A stretch of 51,960 nucleotides of DNA from Actinomycetes bacterium (GCA_919902125.1 CAKKQM010000038.1:1-51960); one strand, 5' to 3'. Shown: positions 40,221-50,210, counted from the first letter of the stretch. The notes: generated by a model from the sequence alone, not told the origin. Translations and numbers: made by a program.

Positions 40221-42047
40221 TTAAAATACTCCTTCGGCGATCTCCATAATCGAGTTGTCAGTCGCTTCTACGATCTTGCGATCAGCGGTGATGTGCGGCA
40301 GGTAATTGCGAACAAAAAACTTTGCTGAGGCGATTTTTCCGGCATAGAAGTCGGCCTCTTTGCCTGCCATTGGTAATTTAGCTATTGCAATATCAGCTTG
40401 GCGCAATAACAACCATGCTGTGATGACGTCACCAACAGCCATCAAACAGCGAGAGGTATTAAGACCAACTTTGTAAATCTCCTCAGCCTTCTCTTGCGAG
40501 GCCATTGCATGACCAACAAGTACTGCGATAATGCCGTTGAGATCACCCAAGGCGTTTAGCAGCGCTTTTTTTTCTTCCGAATGAACGCCACCGGATTCTG
40601 CAAAGGTCGAAATTTCCTTACCAAGGCGCCCAATTGCGCGACCGCCGTCTTTCACGATCTTGCGGAAGAAGAAGTCGAGACCTTGGATAGCGGTGGTTCC
40701 CTCATAAAGAGTGTCGATCTTGGCATCGCGAACATATTGCTCGAGCGGCACATCTTGGGTAAATCCAGATCCACCAAAGGTTTGTAGCGATTCAGTGCCA
40801 AGCAGGGTCCATGATTTCTCGCTGCCGTAGCCTTTAACAACCGGGAGCATCAAATCATTGAGGGCTTCGAGATCGACCAACTTTCCCTTATCGCCGCCTT
40901 CTGCTTTAGCTAACGCGACTGCGTCTTGGATTGATGCGGTGTAGAGAACAAGGGCACGCATACCTTCGGAATAAGCTTTCTGCACCATTAACGAGCGGCG
41001 AATATCAGGGTGATGAATGATCGTGACGCGAGGGCTTGACTTGTTATCCATAACTTTCATATCGCCACCCTGCACCCGCGTCTTGGCGTAGGCAAGTGCT
41101 TGCTGATAACCAGCAGAGAGTGTGGCAATTGCTTTAGTGCCCACCATCATTCGGGCAAATTCAATAACTTTAAACATCTGTGCAATACCTTCATGGACAT
41201 CGCCAAGCAAGTAACCAACAGCTGGCTCTTTCTCGCCGAGATTCATTTCGCAGGTAGATGAAACATTCAAGCCCATCTTGTGTTCAACCTTGGTGGCATA
41301 AACACCATTCCGTTTACCGAGTGCGCCAGTTTCAAAATCAAACATAAACTTTGGAATGAGGAAAAGACTTAATCCCTTTGTGCCAGGGCCACCACCTTGG
41401 CGACGTGCCAGAACAAAATGAATGATGTTTTCATTAAGGTCGCTATCGCCAGATGTGATGAAGCGTTTTGTGCCAGTGATATGCCATGTGCCATCTGCTT
41501 GTTTGACAGCTTTACTACGACCTGCACCGACATCGCTACCTGCGTCGGGCTCGGTCAGCATCATTGATGCGCCCCACTGTTTTTCAATCATCTGCTTGGC
41601 AATTTTCTTCTGCTCCTCAGTGCCAAGGTAATAAGCCACCTGTGCAAAAGATGGACCGGATGCGTATATGTGGACCGCAGGATTGGAACCTAGAACCATC
41701 TCTGCAATCGCCCAACGGACCGATGCTGGAATTACCGTCCCACCGAGTTGCGCAGGTGCATCGACACGCCACCATTCACCATCTATATATGCGCGATAAG
41801 ATTTTTTAAAAGATTGCGGCAACTTCACATCTCCTGTTGCAGGATCGAAATCAACACCCATGCGATCGCTTTCAACAAAGGAGGCAGCGAGATCATTTTC
41901 AGATAAGCGCTTAATTTCCTCGAGCATGCCCATTACAGTTTCGCGGTCGAGTTCTTTATAGATTGACGTTCCCAGAACAGAGCCGCGATCCAAGAGATCA
42001 AAGAGGCAGAATTCGATATCGCGTAAATTGGCGGTGTAGTGACCCAT
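40221..42047 (-). CDS. Long-form acyl-CoA dehydrogenase (FadE5-like)
   Basis: ATG at 42047 (MGHYTANLRDIEF...) is preceded by AAGGGAG. The protein is about 608 aa with an ACAD core and a C-terminal extension. Confidence 0.85.
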   Translation of the reverse strand: MGHYTANLRDIEFCLFDLLDRGSVLGTSIYKELDRETVMGMLEEIKRLSENDLAASFVESDRMGVDFDPATGDVKLPQSFKKSYRAYIDGEWWRVDAPAQLGGTVIPASVRWAIAEMVLGSNPAVHIYASGPSFAQVAYYLGTEEQKKIAKQMIEKQWGASMMLTEPDAGSDVGAGRSKAVKQADGTWHITGTKRFITSGDSDLNENIIHFVLARRQGGGPGTKGLSLFLIPKFMFDFETGALGKRNGVYATKVEHKMGLNVSSTCEMNLGEKEPAVGYLLGDVHEGIAQMFKVIEFARMMVGTKAIATLSAGYQQALAYAKTRVQGGDMKVMDNKSSPRVTIIHHPDIRRSLMVQKAYSEGMRALVLYTASIQDAVALAKAEGGDKGKLVDLEALNDLMLPVVKGYGSEKSWTLLGTESLQTFGGSGFTQDVPLEQYVRDAKIDTLYEGTTAIQGLDFFFRKIVKDGGRAIGRLGKEISTFAESGGVHSEEKKALLNALGDLNGIIAVLVGHAMASQEKAEEIYKVGLNTSRCLMAVGDVITAWLLLRQADIAIAKLPMAGKEADFYAGKIASAKFFVRNYLPHITADRKIVEATDNSIMEIAEGVF

Positions 42048-42182
42048 GTGCTGGCGAACTCCCTTAAATGTCGAAAGTGATACCCCAAGGATGCTACTGG
42101 CGGGTAACTTATGCAAGCCAATAAGCGCAGCCACTGAAGACTCCCTCTATAAAAACAGGCGCGGGAAGGGTAGATTCACGCC

Positions 42183-43337
42183 ATGCGCCGACTACTTGGA
42201 ACTACCCTATTCACGCTTTCGATTGCATTATTGCCAATAACAGCGAATCAATCATTTGCTGCTCCAGAGTTCGACACCTACATCGTCGTACTTCAACCCA
42301 GTGCTGATCACGCCGCCGCAGCAAGTGAATTCAGTAGAGCTGGATGGCGCATTGAACGCGAATACACCAACGTATTCTCTGGCTTTGCAATCAACCTTCC
42401 TACGGCAGCGGTTACCGCGCTGGAGCGAAATCCAAGGGTGTTATACGTAGAACGCGATGCAGAGGTCACGGCGTTTGATACCCAAGCACCAGCTCCGTCA
42501 TGGGGACTGGACCGAATTGATCAGCGGACCCTCCCGTTATCTGGCACTTTCGTCTATTCGGCAAGCGGTAATGGTGCAGGTGTCAAGGCCTACATCGTTG
42601 ATACAGGCGTGCTCTCAACTCACAACGAGTTCACCGGTCGCGTCGTTACTGGTTTTAGCGCCATCAACGACGTGGTTAATACAACCGAAGATTGCAATGG
42701 CCACGGCACGCATGTCGCTGGGACTCTTGCTGGCACCACTTATGGCGTGGCCAAAGAAGCAACGGTTGTTCCCGTCCGTGTCCTTGATTGTCAGGGGTCG
42801 GGAACGATTTCTGGCGTCATTGCTGGACTTGATTGGGTTGCCGGGGACCATAATGACGGACCAGCGGTGGTTAATATGAGTCTGGGTGGATCGCCAAGCA
42901 AGACTTTGGATGCAGCAGTCGTACGCGTCTTTGCAGATGGCATAACCGTTGTTGTTGCGGCGGGTAACTCACACGCAAACGCCTGCGCCGCATCACCGGC
43001 TCGCGTTCCGGAGGCGGTTACGGTTGGCGCGACAAACAGCACAGATGCCCGAGCGCCATATTCAAACTTCGGTCAATGTCTTGATCTGTTTGCCCCAGGA
43101 TCAATAATCACCTCTGCCTGGTACACCTCCACAACGGCGACCAATACGATCTCTGGAACCTCAATGGCTTCCCCGCATGCGGCAGGAGTGGCTGCGGTCT
43201 TGTTATCGAGAACACCGTCGCTAACACCAGCGGAGGTTGCTGCTGCGCTTACATCGTCAGCAACTATCGGTGTCGTTACTTCTGCAGGAAACCGCTCCCC
43301 TAATCTATTGCTTTACTCTGATCCATTGGGTGGCTGA
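42183..43337 (+). CDS. Secreted subtilisin-like serine protease (S8, proteinase-K type) with I9 propeptide
   Basis: Signal peptide ending NQSFA, then a propeptide. The catalytic triad contexts are YIVDTGV, HGTHVAGT and GTSMASPH. Confidence 0.85.
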   Translation: MRRLLGTTLFTLSIALLPITANQSFAAPEFDTYIVVLQPSADHAAAASEFSRAGWRIEREYTNVFSGFAINLPTAAVTALERNPRVLYVERDAEVTAFDTQAPAPSWGLDRIDQRTLPLSGTFVYSASGNGAGVKAYIVDTGVLSTHNEFTGRVVTGFSAINDVVNTTEDCNGHGTHVAGTLAGTTYGVAKEATVVPVRVLDCQGSGTISGVIAGLDWVAGDHNDGPAVVNMSLGGSPSKTLDAAVVRVFADGITVVVAAGNSHANACAASPARVPEAVTVGATNSTDARAPYSNFGQCLDLFAPGSIITSAWYTSTTATNTISGTSMASPHAAGVAAVLLSRTPSLTPAEVAAALTSSATIGVVTSAGNRSPNLLLYSDPLGG

Positions 43338-43411
43338 AGAGGCCTTCATTTTCATTTCACTTTCAAGTCAGGACAGTTGCACAGAGCGAGCAGCGTCTGC
43401 GAGTTATCCCT

Positions 43412-43485
43412 TGGAGCGGGCGACGGGAATCGGACCCGCGCTGTCAGCTTGGGAAGCTGACGTGATGCCATTTCACTACGCCCGC
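43412..43485 (-). tRNA. tRNA-Gly (anticodon CCC), CCA encoded
   Basis: Minus-strand read: GCGGGCGTAGTGAAATGGCATCACGTCAGCTTCCCAAGCTGACAGCGCGGGTCCGATTCCCGTCGCCCGCTCCA. The anticodon loop is TTCCCAA. Confidence 0.9.
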
Positions 43486-43535
43486 AATATGATCCAACTA
43501 CGTAAGCATAGAGAAGGCAGGTAGAGTCGCCAACC

Positions 43536-44114
43536 ATGCTACTGAGCGATCGCGATATCCGTGCACAGATTGATGCTGGGCGAGTTCTGGTGGAACCCTT
43601 CGACACTGGGATGATCCAACCCTCCAGCGTTGATGTACGTCTGGACCGATTTTTCCGAGTCTTTGAAAATCATAAGTACTCTGTCATTGATCCATCAGTG
43701 GAACAAGGCGAACTCACCCGCGCAGTTGAAGTTGCGCCGAATGAATTCTTCATCCTCCATCCTGGTGAATTTGTCCTGGCAAGTACCTATGAAGTTATTA
43801 CCTTGCCTGACGATATTGCCGGCCGTCTAGAAGGTAAATCGTCACTTGGGCGACTTGGTTTGCTTACCCACTCCACCGCAGGATTTATTGACCCAGGCTT
43901 TTCTGGCCATATCACTCTTGAGCTTTCCAATGTTGCCAACTTGCCGGTCAAGCTCTTTCCTGGCATGAAGATTGGCCAACTCTGTCTCATAAAACTCTCA
44001 TCTCCTGCTGAGCATCCTTATGGTTCGGCGCTCTATGGTTCGAGATACCAAGGTCAGCGCGGGCCAACACCAAGTCGTTCATGGATGAATTTCCACCAGA
44101 CCGAGGTTCAGTAA
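43536..44114 (+). CDS. dcd: dCTP deaminase (dUMP-forming type likely)
   Basis: 192 aa with [22 protein letters not shown] and GFIDPGFSG. Confidence 0.9.
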   Translation: MLLSDRDIRAQIDAGRVLVEPFDTGMIQPSSVDVRLDRFFRVFENHKYSVIDPSVEQGELTRAVEVAPNEFFILHPGEFVLASTYEVITLPDDIAGRLEGKSSLGRLGLLTHSTAGFIDPGFSGHITLELSNVANLPVKLFPGMKIGQLCLIKLSSPAEHPYGSALYGSRYQGQRGPTPSRSWMNFHQTEVQ

Positions 44115-44154
44115 TGCCTGAACCACTTAAATAGAACAGGAGTAGATTAAAAAG

Positions 44155-44709
44155 ATGTCAAAGACTCTCATATTCCTCATTGTTGTTGTAGTAATCGGTC
44201 TATTTGTTATATCGCTCTACAACCGTCTAGTGCGGCTCAATGTTGCAGTTGATGAAGCTTTTGCGCAGATTGAGGTCCAACTCAAACGTCGCTCTGACCT
44301 TATTCCTAATTTGGTCGAAACCGTTAAAGGTTATGCAACTCATGAGCAATCAACTTTTGAAAAAGTTATTAGCGCTCGTGCTAAAGCAACAACTGCAACA
44401 ACTGTTGCTGATGTCGCAGCCGCCGATGGCATGCTCACTCAGGCGCTACGTGGTCTCTTGGCGGTGGCCGAGGCTTATCCAGATCTCAAAGCTTCAGCTA
44501 ACTTCTTAGCATTGCAAGAAGAACTTTCAACCACTGAAAACAAAGTTTCCTTTGCGCGTCAGTTCTACAATGACAATGTGCGTGCCCTCAACACGGCCAT
44601 AAAAACCATCCCCACCAGCTTTTTTGCATCGCTGGCCAAGGCCAGCACCCGCGAGTTCTATGAAATTGAAGATCCACAATCGCGCGTCGCACCAACTGTA
44701 AAGTTTTAG
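44155..44709 (+). CDS. lemA: LemA-family membrane protein
   Basis: 184 aa with an N-terminal TM and typical LemA motifs (YNRLVRL..., QIEVQLKRRSDLIPNLVETVKGYA). Confidence 0.85.
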   Translation: MSKTLIFLIVVVVIGLFVISLYNRLVRLNVAVDEAFAQIEVQLKRRSDLIPNLVETVKGYATHEQSTFEKVISARAKATTATTVADVAAADGMLTQALRGLLAVAEAYPDLKASANFLALQEELSTTENKVSFARQFYNDNVRALNTAIKTIPTSFFASLAKASTREFYEIEDPQSRVAPTVKF

Positions 44710-44721
44710 TACCGTAATTTT

Positions 44722-45639
44722 ATGGCAGGGGTATCTTTCCGCGGAATGGAGACGGCTAACCGCCGCAAGACCTATCTTCTGCTGGCCGGTATGGGCGCAC
44801 TTGTATGGATTGTTGTTTACGCAGCCCTTACATATTTCGGTAGCAGCACAGTTGGAATCGTTCCGATTGCTGTGGGCATTGCGCTGGTTTCAGTATGGGG
44901 TTCGTATTACGCATCCGATTCACTAGTCCTTCGCATGACAGGTGCTCGTTTGATTGAAGAGAATGAAAACCCAAAACTCTTCAATCTCATTCACGAAGTA
45001 ATCATCGCCAGTGGTCTGCCGATGCCAAAGGTGGCAATTGTTACCGATAGCGCTCCGAATGCATTTGCAACCGGGCGCAACCCTGAACATGCGGTGATCG
45101 CGTTTACGACCGGTTTACTTGATGTGATGGATCGCGATCAACTGCAAGGTGTTATCGCCCACGAAATGTCACACGTCGGCAATCGCGACACACTGGTATC
45201 TGCTGTTGCTGCAACTACCGCAGGGGCGATTGCCTTACTCAGTGATTTCCTTACCCGGATGCTCTGGTTTGGTGGTGGGCACCGCAATAATCGTGACAGT
45301 AATTCCAATCCCTTGGCGCTAGTTGTATCGCTGATTGTTTTAATTCTTGCCCCGCTCGCCGCGGTGTTATTGAAATCAGCGGTTTCACGCCGTCGCGAAG
45401 CCCTTGCGGATGCAACAGCGGTCTCTTTTACCCGCAATCCAGCAGGATTGCGGTCAGCTCTTGAAGTTCTGGCTGTCGATTCAACTGTTGTGCATCAACG
45501 TTCAACTGCTGTTGCACATATCTGGATTGAATCGCCACTGGATTCGAAAATGGTCTCGCGTTTATTCTCCACCCACCCACCTATTGAAGAACGTATCGCT
45601 GCGCTGCGCGCAATGGAAAGTTTGGGGCCTATGCAATAA
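44722..45639 (+). CDS. htpX: M48-family zinc metalloprotease (HtpX-like)
   Basis: 305 aa with the HEMSH zinc motif (IAHEMSHVGNRD) and 4 TM segments. Confidence 0.85.
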   Translation: MAGVSFRGMETANRRKTYLLLAGMGALVWIVVYAALTYFGSSTVGIVPIAVGIALVSVWGSYYASDSLVLRMTGARLIEENENPKLFNLIHEVIIASGLPMPKVAIVTDSAPNAFATGRNPEHAVIAFTTGLLDVMDRDQLQGVIAHEMSHVGNRDTLVSAVAATTAGAIALLSDFLTRMLWFGGGHRNNRDSNSNPLALVVSLIVLILAPLAAVLLKSAVSRRREALADATAVSFTRNPAGLRSALEVLAVDSTVVHQRSTAVAHIWIESPLDSKMVSRLFSTHPPIEERIAALRAMESLGPMQ

Positions 45640-47151
45640 TTATGCATTAATAGGGAAAAAGAGCGTGAATGTTGCGCCTTCGTCTAGTTTGGAAGCCACA
45701 CTGACCCGACCGCCGTGGGCGCGCATTACAGCATCAACAATGGAAAGCCCAAGGCCACTTCCTTCATCGCTTGTGCGGGCACGTGATGGATCGGCGCGGA
45801 AGAAGCGCTCAAAAATTCGCTCCTGATCGTTTTCACTCAAGCCCAGACCGTTATCTGCAACCGCAACCGTGGTTCCATTGTCAGATTGTGCGACGCTCAC
45901 CGTTATTGGCGTTCCCACAGGTGTATGTGTGCGGGTATTGGCAAGCAGGTTGGCAACAACTTGGTGAATGCGATTCTTATCGCCCAGAACGTAGAGATCA
46001 TCATCTGGAAGTGAAAGCGTAATTGGATGTTCTGGACCCGCCGCACGCGCAGATTCGACAGCATCTGCAACAGTGATGTTTAGATTGACAGGAACCATCT
46101 CCATTCCGCGCGCTTGATCAAGACGTGCCAGCAGTAACAGGTCTTCGACAAGAGATCCCATACGTACTGATTCTTTTTCAATACGCCCGATCAATTTCGT
46201 TGTTTCTTCTTCGCCTTTAACTGCACCTTGGCGATGTAACTCAGCAAACCCACGGATTGCTGTCAGGGGCGTGCGAAGTTCATGGCTAGCATCAGCAACA
46301 AATCGGCGCAGACGGTTTTCGCTTGCGGTACGTGCAGCGAAGGATTCTTCAATACGCGCCAACATCTGGTTGAGTGAGCCAACCAGCCGTCCAACTTCTG
46401 TATCAGGTTTGGCTTCAGGCAAACGTGCCGAAAGATTGCCTGCCGCAATTGACTCGGCAGTAGTTTCAACAGTGGCCAATGGCTTTAAACCAATATCAAT
46501 AACTTTGCGCGAGGCCAGGGCAATCAAGAGCAGGGCGATGAGACCAATAAAAATAAATAGGAGTTGTAACTGTTTTACCGTCTGCTCAATGCTATCTAGC
46601 GACTGTGCAACAACCACACTTCCAAGATCTGAAGGTAAAACCACGGCTAAGACTCGGAAATCAGCACTCGGTGCATCCAGAGTAAAGGGTTGGTTCTTAT
46701 GAGCTAGGACATCAGTTGGCGTGAAACCTTGGATAAATTTGCCAATTTCTTCTGTATTCAAGTCTCCACCGACAACTCCAACTACATTGCCAAGTGGGTC
46801 AAGTAGGGTCACTGACATCGAAGTTGGAACTTGGCGCAGAGGCAGCAACGCAGGAGTTGGCGTCTTAGCAGTTTTCTGCTCAGCGCTCTCATTGTCACCT
46901 TCACTACTAATTGGCAGAGTGTCTTCTTCGGGTGCAATCCCTGCGCTAGCTAGGCGAAATTTTGTCCCACCAGCAACGCTTGAAAGTTGGTCGTCAACTT
47001 GGTTGATGAGAAAGGATTGCAATGAACTACGTGCCGCTATATCGGAGGCGATAAAACCCAACCCTGATAAAACCACCACGCCAACAACTAGGCGGTTGCG
47101 CAGACTCCAAAGGCTTAGCGGGTTTGAGACCCTACGAAGGGGTGATTCCAT
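45640..47151 (-). CDS. Sensor histidine kinase (TM-sensor-TM-HAMP-HisKA-HATPase)
   Basis: 503 aa with H-box SHELRTPLTAI and the G-box motifs DNGLGL and GSGLGLSIV. Its stop codon abuts the htpX stop with no spacer. Confidence 0.88.
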   Translation of the reverse strand: MESPLRRVSNPLSLWSLRNRLVVGVVVLSGLGFIASDIAARSSLQSFLINQVDDQLSSVAGGTKFRLASAGIAPEEDTLPISSEGDNESAEQKTAKTPTPALLPLRQVPTSMSVTLLDPLGNVVGVVGGDLNTEEIGKFIQGFTPTDVLAHKNQPFTLDAPSADFRVLAVVLPSDLGSVVVAQSLDSIEQTVKQLQLLFIFIGLIALLLIALASRKVIDIGLKPLATVETTAESIAAGNLSARLPEAKPDTEVGRLVGSLNQMLARIEESFAARTASENRLRRFVADASHELRTPLTAIRGFAELHRQGAVKGEEETTKLIGRIEKESVRMGSLVEDLLLLARLDQARGMEMVPVNLNITVADAVESARAAGPEHPITLSLPDDDLYVLGDKNRIHQVVANLLANTRTHTPVGTPITVSVAQSDNGTTVAVADNGLGLSENDQERIFERFFRADPSRARTSDEGSGLGLSIVDAVMRAHGGRVSVASKLDEGATFTLFFPINA

Positions 47152-47175
47152 AATGAGCGATGGTAGCGGAGCGCG

Positions 47176-47928
47176 TTACTTCTTAGGCGGCATCCGTAAA
47201 CGATAGCCAACTCCGCGTACCGTATGAATTAAGGGAGGATCGAAGGTATCGATCTTCTTCCGTAGATAGGAGATATAGGTTTCAACAATTCCAGCATCGC
47301 CGCGGAAGTCGTACTGCCATACATGGTCCAAGATCTGCGCTTTTGATACAACGCGATCAGCGTTGATTAGCAGGTAGCGTAATAACAAGAATTCGGTAGG
47401 GGAGAGTTCAATTAACTGACCAGCACGACGGACTTCATGCGTAGCTTCATCTAATTCAAGATCAGCAAAACGAATTTTCTCGTCATCAGGCAAAATTTCA
47501 ATGGCACCAGTGCGACGCAACAAAGCGCGAAGACGCGCAACCAATTCTTCCAAACTGAAAGGTTTAGTCATGTAATCATCGCCACCGATAGTTAAACCGG
47601 CGACCTTATCTTCCATGCCGTCTTTAGCGGTGAGGAAGAGTACGCCGATGTTATGACCCTCGGTCCGTAGTTGGCGACAGACTTCAAAGCCATCTAGATC
47701 GGGCAGCATGACATCAAGAATCATCGCATGGGGACGGAACTCCTCGGCAATCTGTAACGCCTGGGCTCCATTGGCAGCTGTGCGGACATCAAAACCGACG
47801 AAACGTAGGCTGGTTGCGACGAGGTCGCTGATGCTCGACTCGTCATCAACCACCAAGATCCGGTGGGTCGTAACTTCCTTTATCTCAGACTGTCCTGCTC
47901 GCTCTTTAAGAGTCGTCATATTCATCAC
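47176..47928 (-). CDS. OmpR-family response regulator
   Basis: 250 aa with a receiver domain (LVVDDE, MILDVMLPDLDG, KP) and a winged helix (TVRGVGYRL). Several in-frame Met codons occur near the start. Confidence 0.9.
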   Translation of the reverse strand: MMNMTTLKERAGQSEIKEVTTHRILVVDDESSISDLVATSLRFVGFDVRTAANGAQALQIAEEFRPHAMILDVMLPDLDGFEVCRQLRTEGHNIGVLFLTAKDGMEDKVAGLTIGGDDYMTKPFSLEELVARLRALLRRTGAIEILPDDEKIRFADLELDEATHEVRRAGQLIELSPTEFLLLRYLLINADRVVSKAQILDHVWQYDFRGDAGIVETYISYLRKKIDTFDPPLIHTVRGVGYRLRMPPKK

Positions 47929-48025
47929 CTCATGACGGAGGATTCTCCCCTTTCTTGTGAATTTTCTGAGAATATCCTTTAAGCCGTCTACGGATAAGGC
48001 GAAAAAAAGGTATTTGCTGGATTAT

Positions 48026-48079
48026 GAAAGGGGCTCAATGAAGAGACGTTAACGAGCATGGCTCGAATGAGCCCCTTTC
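48026..48079 (-). terminator. Perfect 12-bp inverted repeat immediately after the Fe-S oxidoreductase stop codon
   Basis: GAAAGGGGCTCA (48026-48037) pairs with TGAGCCCCTTTC (48068-48079). The 30-nt loop contains an inner CGAGC/GCTCG hairpin. No adjacent U-tract, so terminator function is uncertain. Confidence 0.35.
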
Positions 48080-50179
48080 TTAATCCAGCGGTTTTACGCT
48101 CCTTAGGAGGGTCTGTGCGACATCCAGTACTTCAACAGAGGATTCGCGGGCACTCACCCCATCGCCGATCATGACGCGGCAGAACGGGCAGGCCACCGCA
48201 ACCTCTTCGGCTCCGGTCGCGATTGCTTCGTCCACTCGGTTGAGGTTGATGCGCGTACCGATCTGCTCTTCCATCCACATTCGTCCGCCGCCGCCGCCGC
48301 AACAGAACGAGCGCTCTTGATTACGGGGCATCTCGGTGATCTGCGCGCCAGTTGCCACAAGTAGTTCGCGAGGTGGCTCATAAATCTTATTGTGGCGACC
48401 CAGGTAACACGGATCGTGATAGGTCAGTTTTCTCTCACTCTTATTGATTGGAGTGAGCTTTCCTTCGCGGACTAATTGATTGAGAAGTTGGGTGTGGTGC
48501 ACCATCTCTAATTCAAAACCACTCTGTCTGTAATCGCGACCAATAGTGGTGAAGCAATGAGGACAGGTGACAACAATTTTCTTGGTGCCTTTATTAGTAC
48601 GAGCCGCAAAAACTTCCTCAAAGGTCTCAAGGTTTTCGCGGGAGAGAATTTGATATAAAAATTCATTTCCTGCGCGCCGTGCCGGATCACCCGTACATGT
48701 TTCTTTCTTACCTAGTACCGCAAATGAGACACCAGCCATGTAAAGCAACTCTGCGACAGCCTTGGTGGTCTTTTTGGCGCGCTCTTCATAAGCACCTGCG
48801 CAACCCACCCAGAATAAATATTCAACATCATCTGGTAATTGACCTTCCACGACACGGATAGGAAAATCGCATTCAGCGATCCATCCATCGCGATCAGCAC
48901 GATTGGCACCCCATGGATTGCCTGCTTTTTCTAAGTTACGGAAAGTACCATCAAGTTCAGATGGAAATTCTGATTCAACCAGAACTTGAAAGCGGCGCAT
49001 ATTGACGATGTGGTCAATATGTTCGATATCAACAGGGCATTCATTAACGCACGCGCCGCATGTGGTGCATGACCATAGGACATCAAGGGAAATCGGGGCT
49101 AATTCGCCAACCAGGGCTTCATTTTCAACAACCTTAGCCATTGCATGATCGCGCATTGCCATAATCAAGAGTTTGGGCGAGAGTGGCTTATCTGTATGCC
49201 AGGCAGGGCATTGCGATTGACAACGACCGCACTCGGTGCAGCTGGTCATATCGAGCAGACCTTTCCAAGAAATATCTGCTCGTGTACCAAGTCCAAAAAC
49301 ATCATCCTCGGCCGGGTCCTCGAAGTTAATAGGCTTGCCATGTGAAAGCATTTCGGGGAGTTCGCCCAACGAATCTGAACCATCGCTATGGCGCTTGTAG
49401 TAAACATTGAAGAAAGCCAGGAAGCGATGCCATGCGACGCCCATGGTGAGGTTGAGTGAGATAACAATGAACCAGAGCATCGAGACCACGATCTTGACCG
49501 CGGCAACAATTTGGATTCCCTGCGTGATTGTCTGCAATGAATAATTCTTAAACTGGGCCGCGATGAACCAGGTAGTTACGAAGTGGCGATTCCATCTCAT
49601 ATCAGGCGACAGAGCGCCTTCTAAGCCACGCAAGGCAATCACACAGAAGACGATGGCAAGAATCGTCGCCTCGACATAGTACGCCTTCCACATTCCCGAA
49701 CCATGGAAACGTGACTTACGATCTTTTCTAAAGATCCGTATGTATTGACGTATGCCAATCAGGGTCACAATTCCAATACCGGTTGCCCATGCGATAACTT
49801 CGGAGAAATATTCGTATGGATAGAAATGGCCGATAAACGGTAAGGCGAAATATGGATCAAGAACTTGTCCGTACGCGGTTGCTAAAGTTCCAAAGAGGGA
49901 AATAAAGCCGATCATCACAAACCAGTGCGCGATCCCCGTGCTAGTAAAATTGAGCATCTTGGTATGTCCCAGAATTTCGCGGAACATATGCGCCAAGCGC
50001 CTACCACGGTTCTCTTTACGGGTTGGATCTGATTGACCGGCGCGATAGATGGCTAAGAGTTTGCGGGTGTTGATCGCCAACAAGGCCAGTGCGACAAGAG
50101 TGATGCCGTAGGAGAGAGCGATAAGGGCGAGGTTTAACCAATAGGGCATAAGGAAGAGGGTAGTCGCGCCTGCCTGCAT
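48080..50179 (-). CDS. Membrane-bound Fe-S / CCG-domain oxidoreductase (Rv0338c-like; HdrD/GlpC-type C-terminal half)
   Basis: 699 aa with an N-terminal polytopic domain. Two ferredoxin motifs are present, CTECGRCQSQCP and CTTCGACVNECP. Cys-rich CCG-type segments follow (VTCPHC, FCCGGGGG). An alternative start lies at Met11 (50149). Confidence 0.8.
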   Translation of the reverse strand: MQAGATTLFLMPYWLNLALIALSYGITLVALALLAINTRKLLAIYRAGQSDPTRKENRGRRLAHMFREILGHTKMLNFTSTGIAHWFVMIGFISLFGTLATAYGQVLDPYFALPFIGHFYPYEYFSEVIAWATGIGIVTLIGIRQYIRIFRKDRKSRFHGSGMWKAYYVEATILAIVFCVIALRGLEGALSPDMRWNRHFVTTWFIAAQFKNYSLQTITQGIQIVAAVKIVVSMLWFIVISLNLTMGVAWHRFLAFFNVYYKRHSDGSDSLGELPEMLSHGKPINFEDPAEDDVFGLGTRADISWKGLLDMTSCTECGRCQSQCPAWHTDKPLSPKLLIMAMRDHAMAKVVENEALVGELAPISLDVLWSCTTCGACVNECPVDIEHIDHIVNMRRFQVLVESEFPSELDGTFRNLEKAGNPWGANRADRDGWIAECDFPIRVVEGQLPDDVEYLFWVGCAGAYEERAKKTTKAVAELLYMAGVSFAVLGKKETCTGDPARRAGNEFLYQILSRENLETFEEVFAARTNKGTKKIVVTCPHCFTTIGRDYRQSGFELEMVHHTQLLNQLVREGKLTPINKSERKLTYHDPCYLGRHNKIYEPPRELLVATGAQITEMPRNQERSFCCGGGGGRMWMEEQIGTRINLNRVDEAIATGAEEVAVACPFCRVMIGDGVSARESSVEVLDVAQTLLRSVKPLD

Positions 50180-50210
50180 GTACCATTGTGCAAGACAAAG
50201 AGGTATATAG

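Noticed and set aside
46271-47206. Two consecutive plus-strand ORFs (143 and 161 aa) inside the histidine kinase gene
   Set aside because: They are antisense to a kinase with a full H/N/G-box complement. Their sequences are low-complexity Ser/Arg/Ala.
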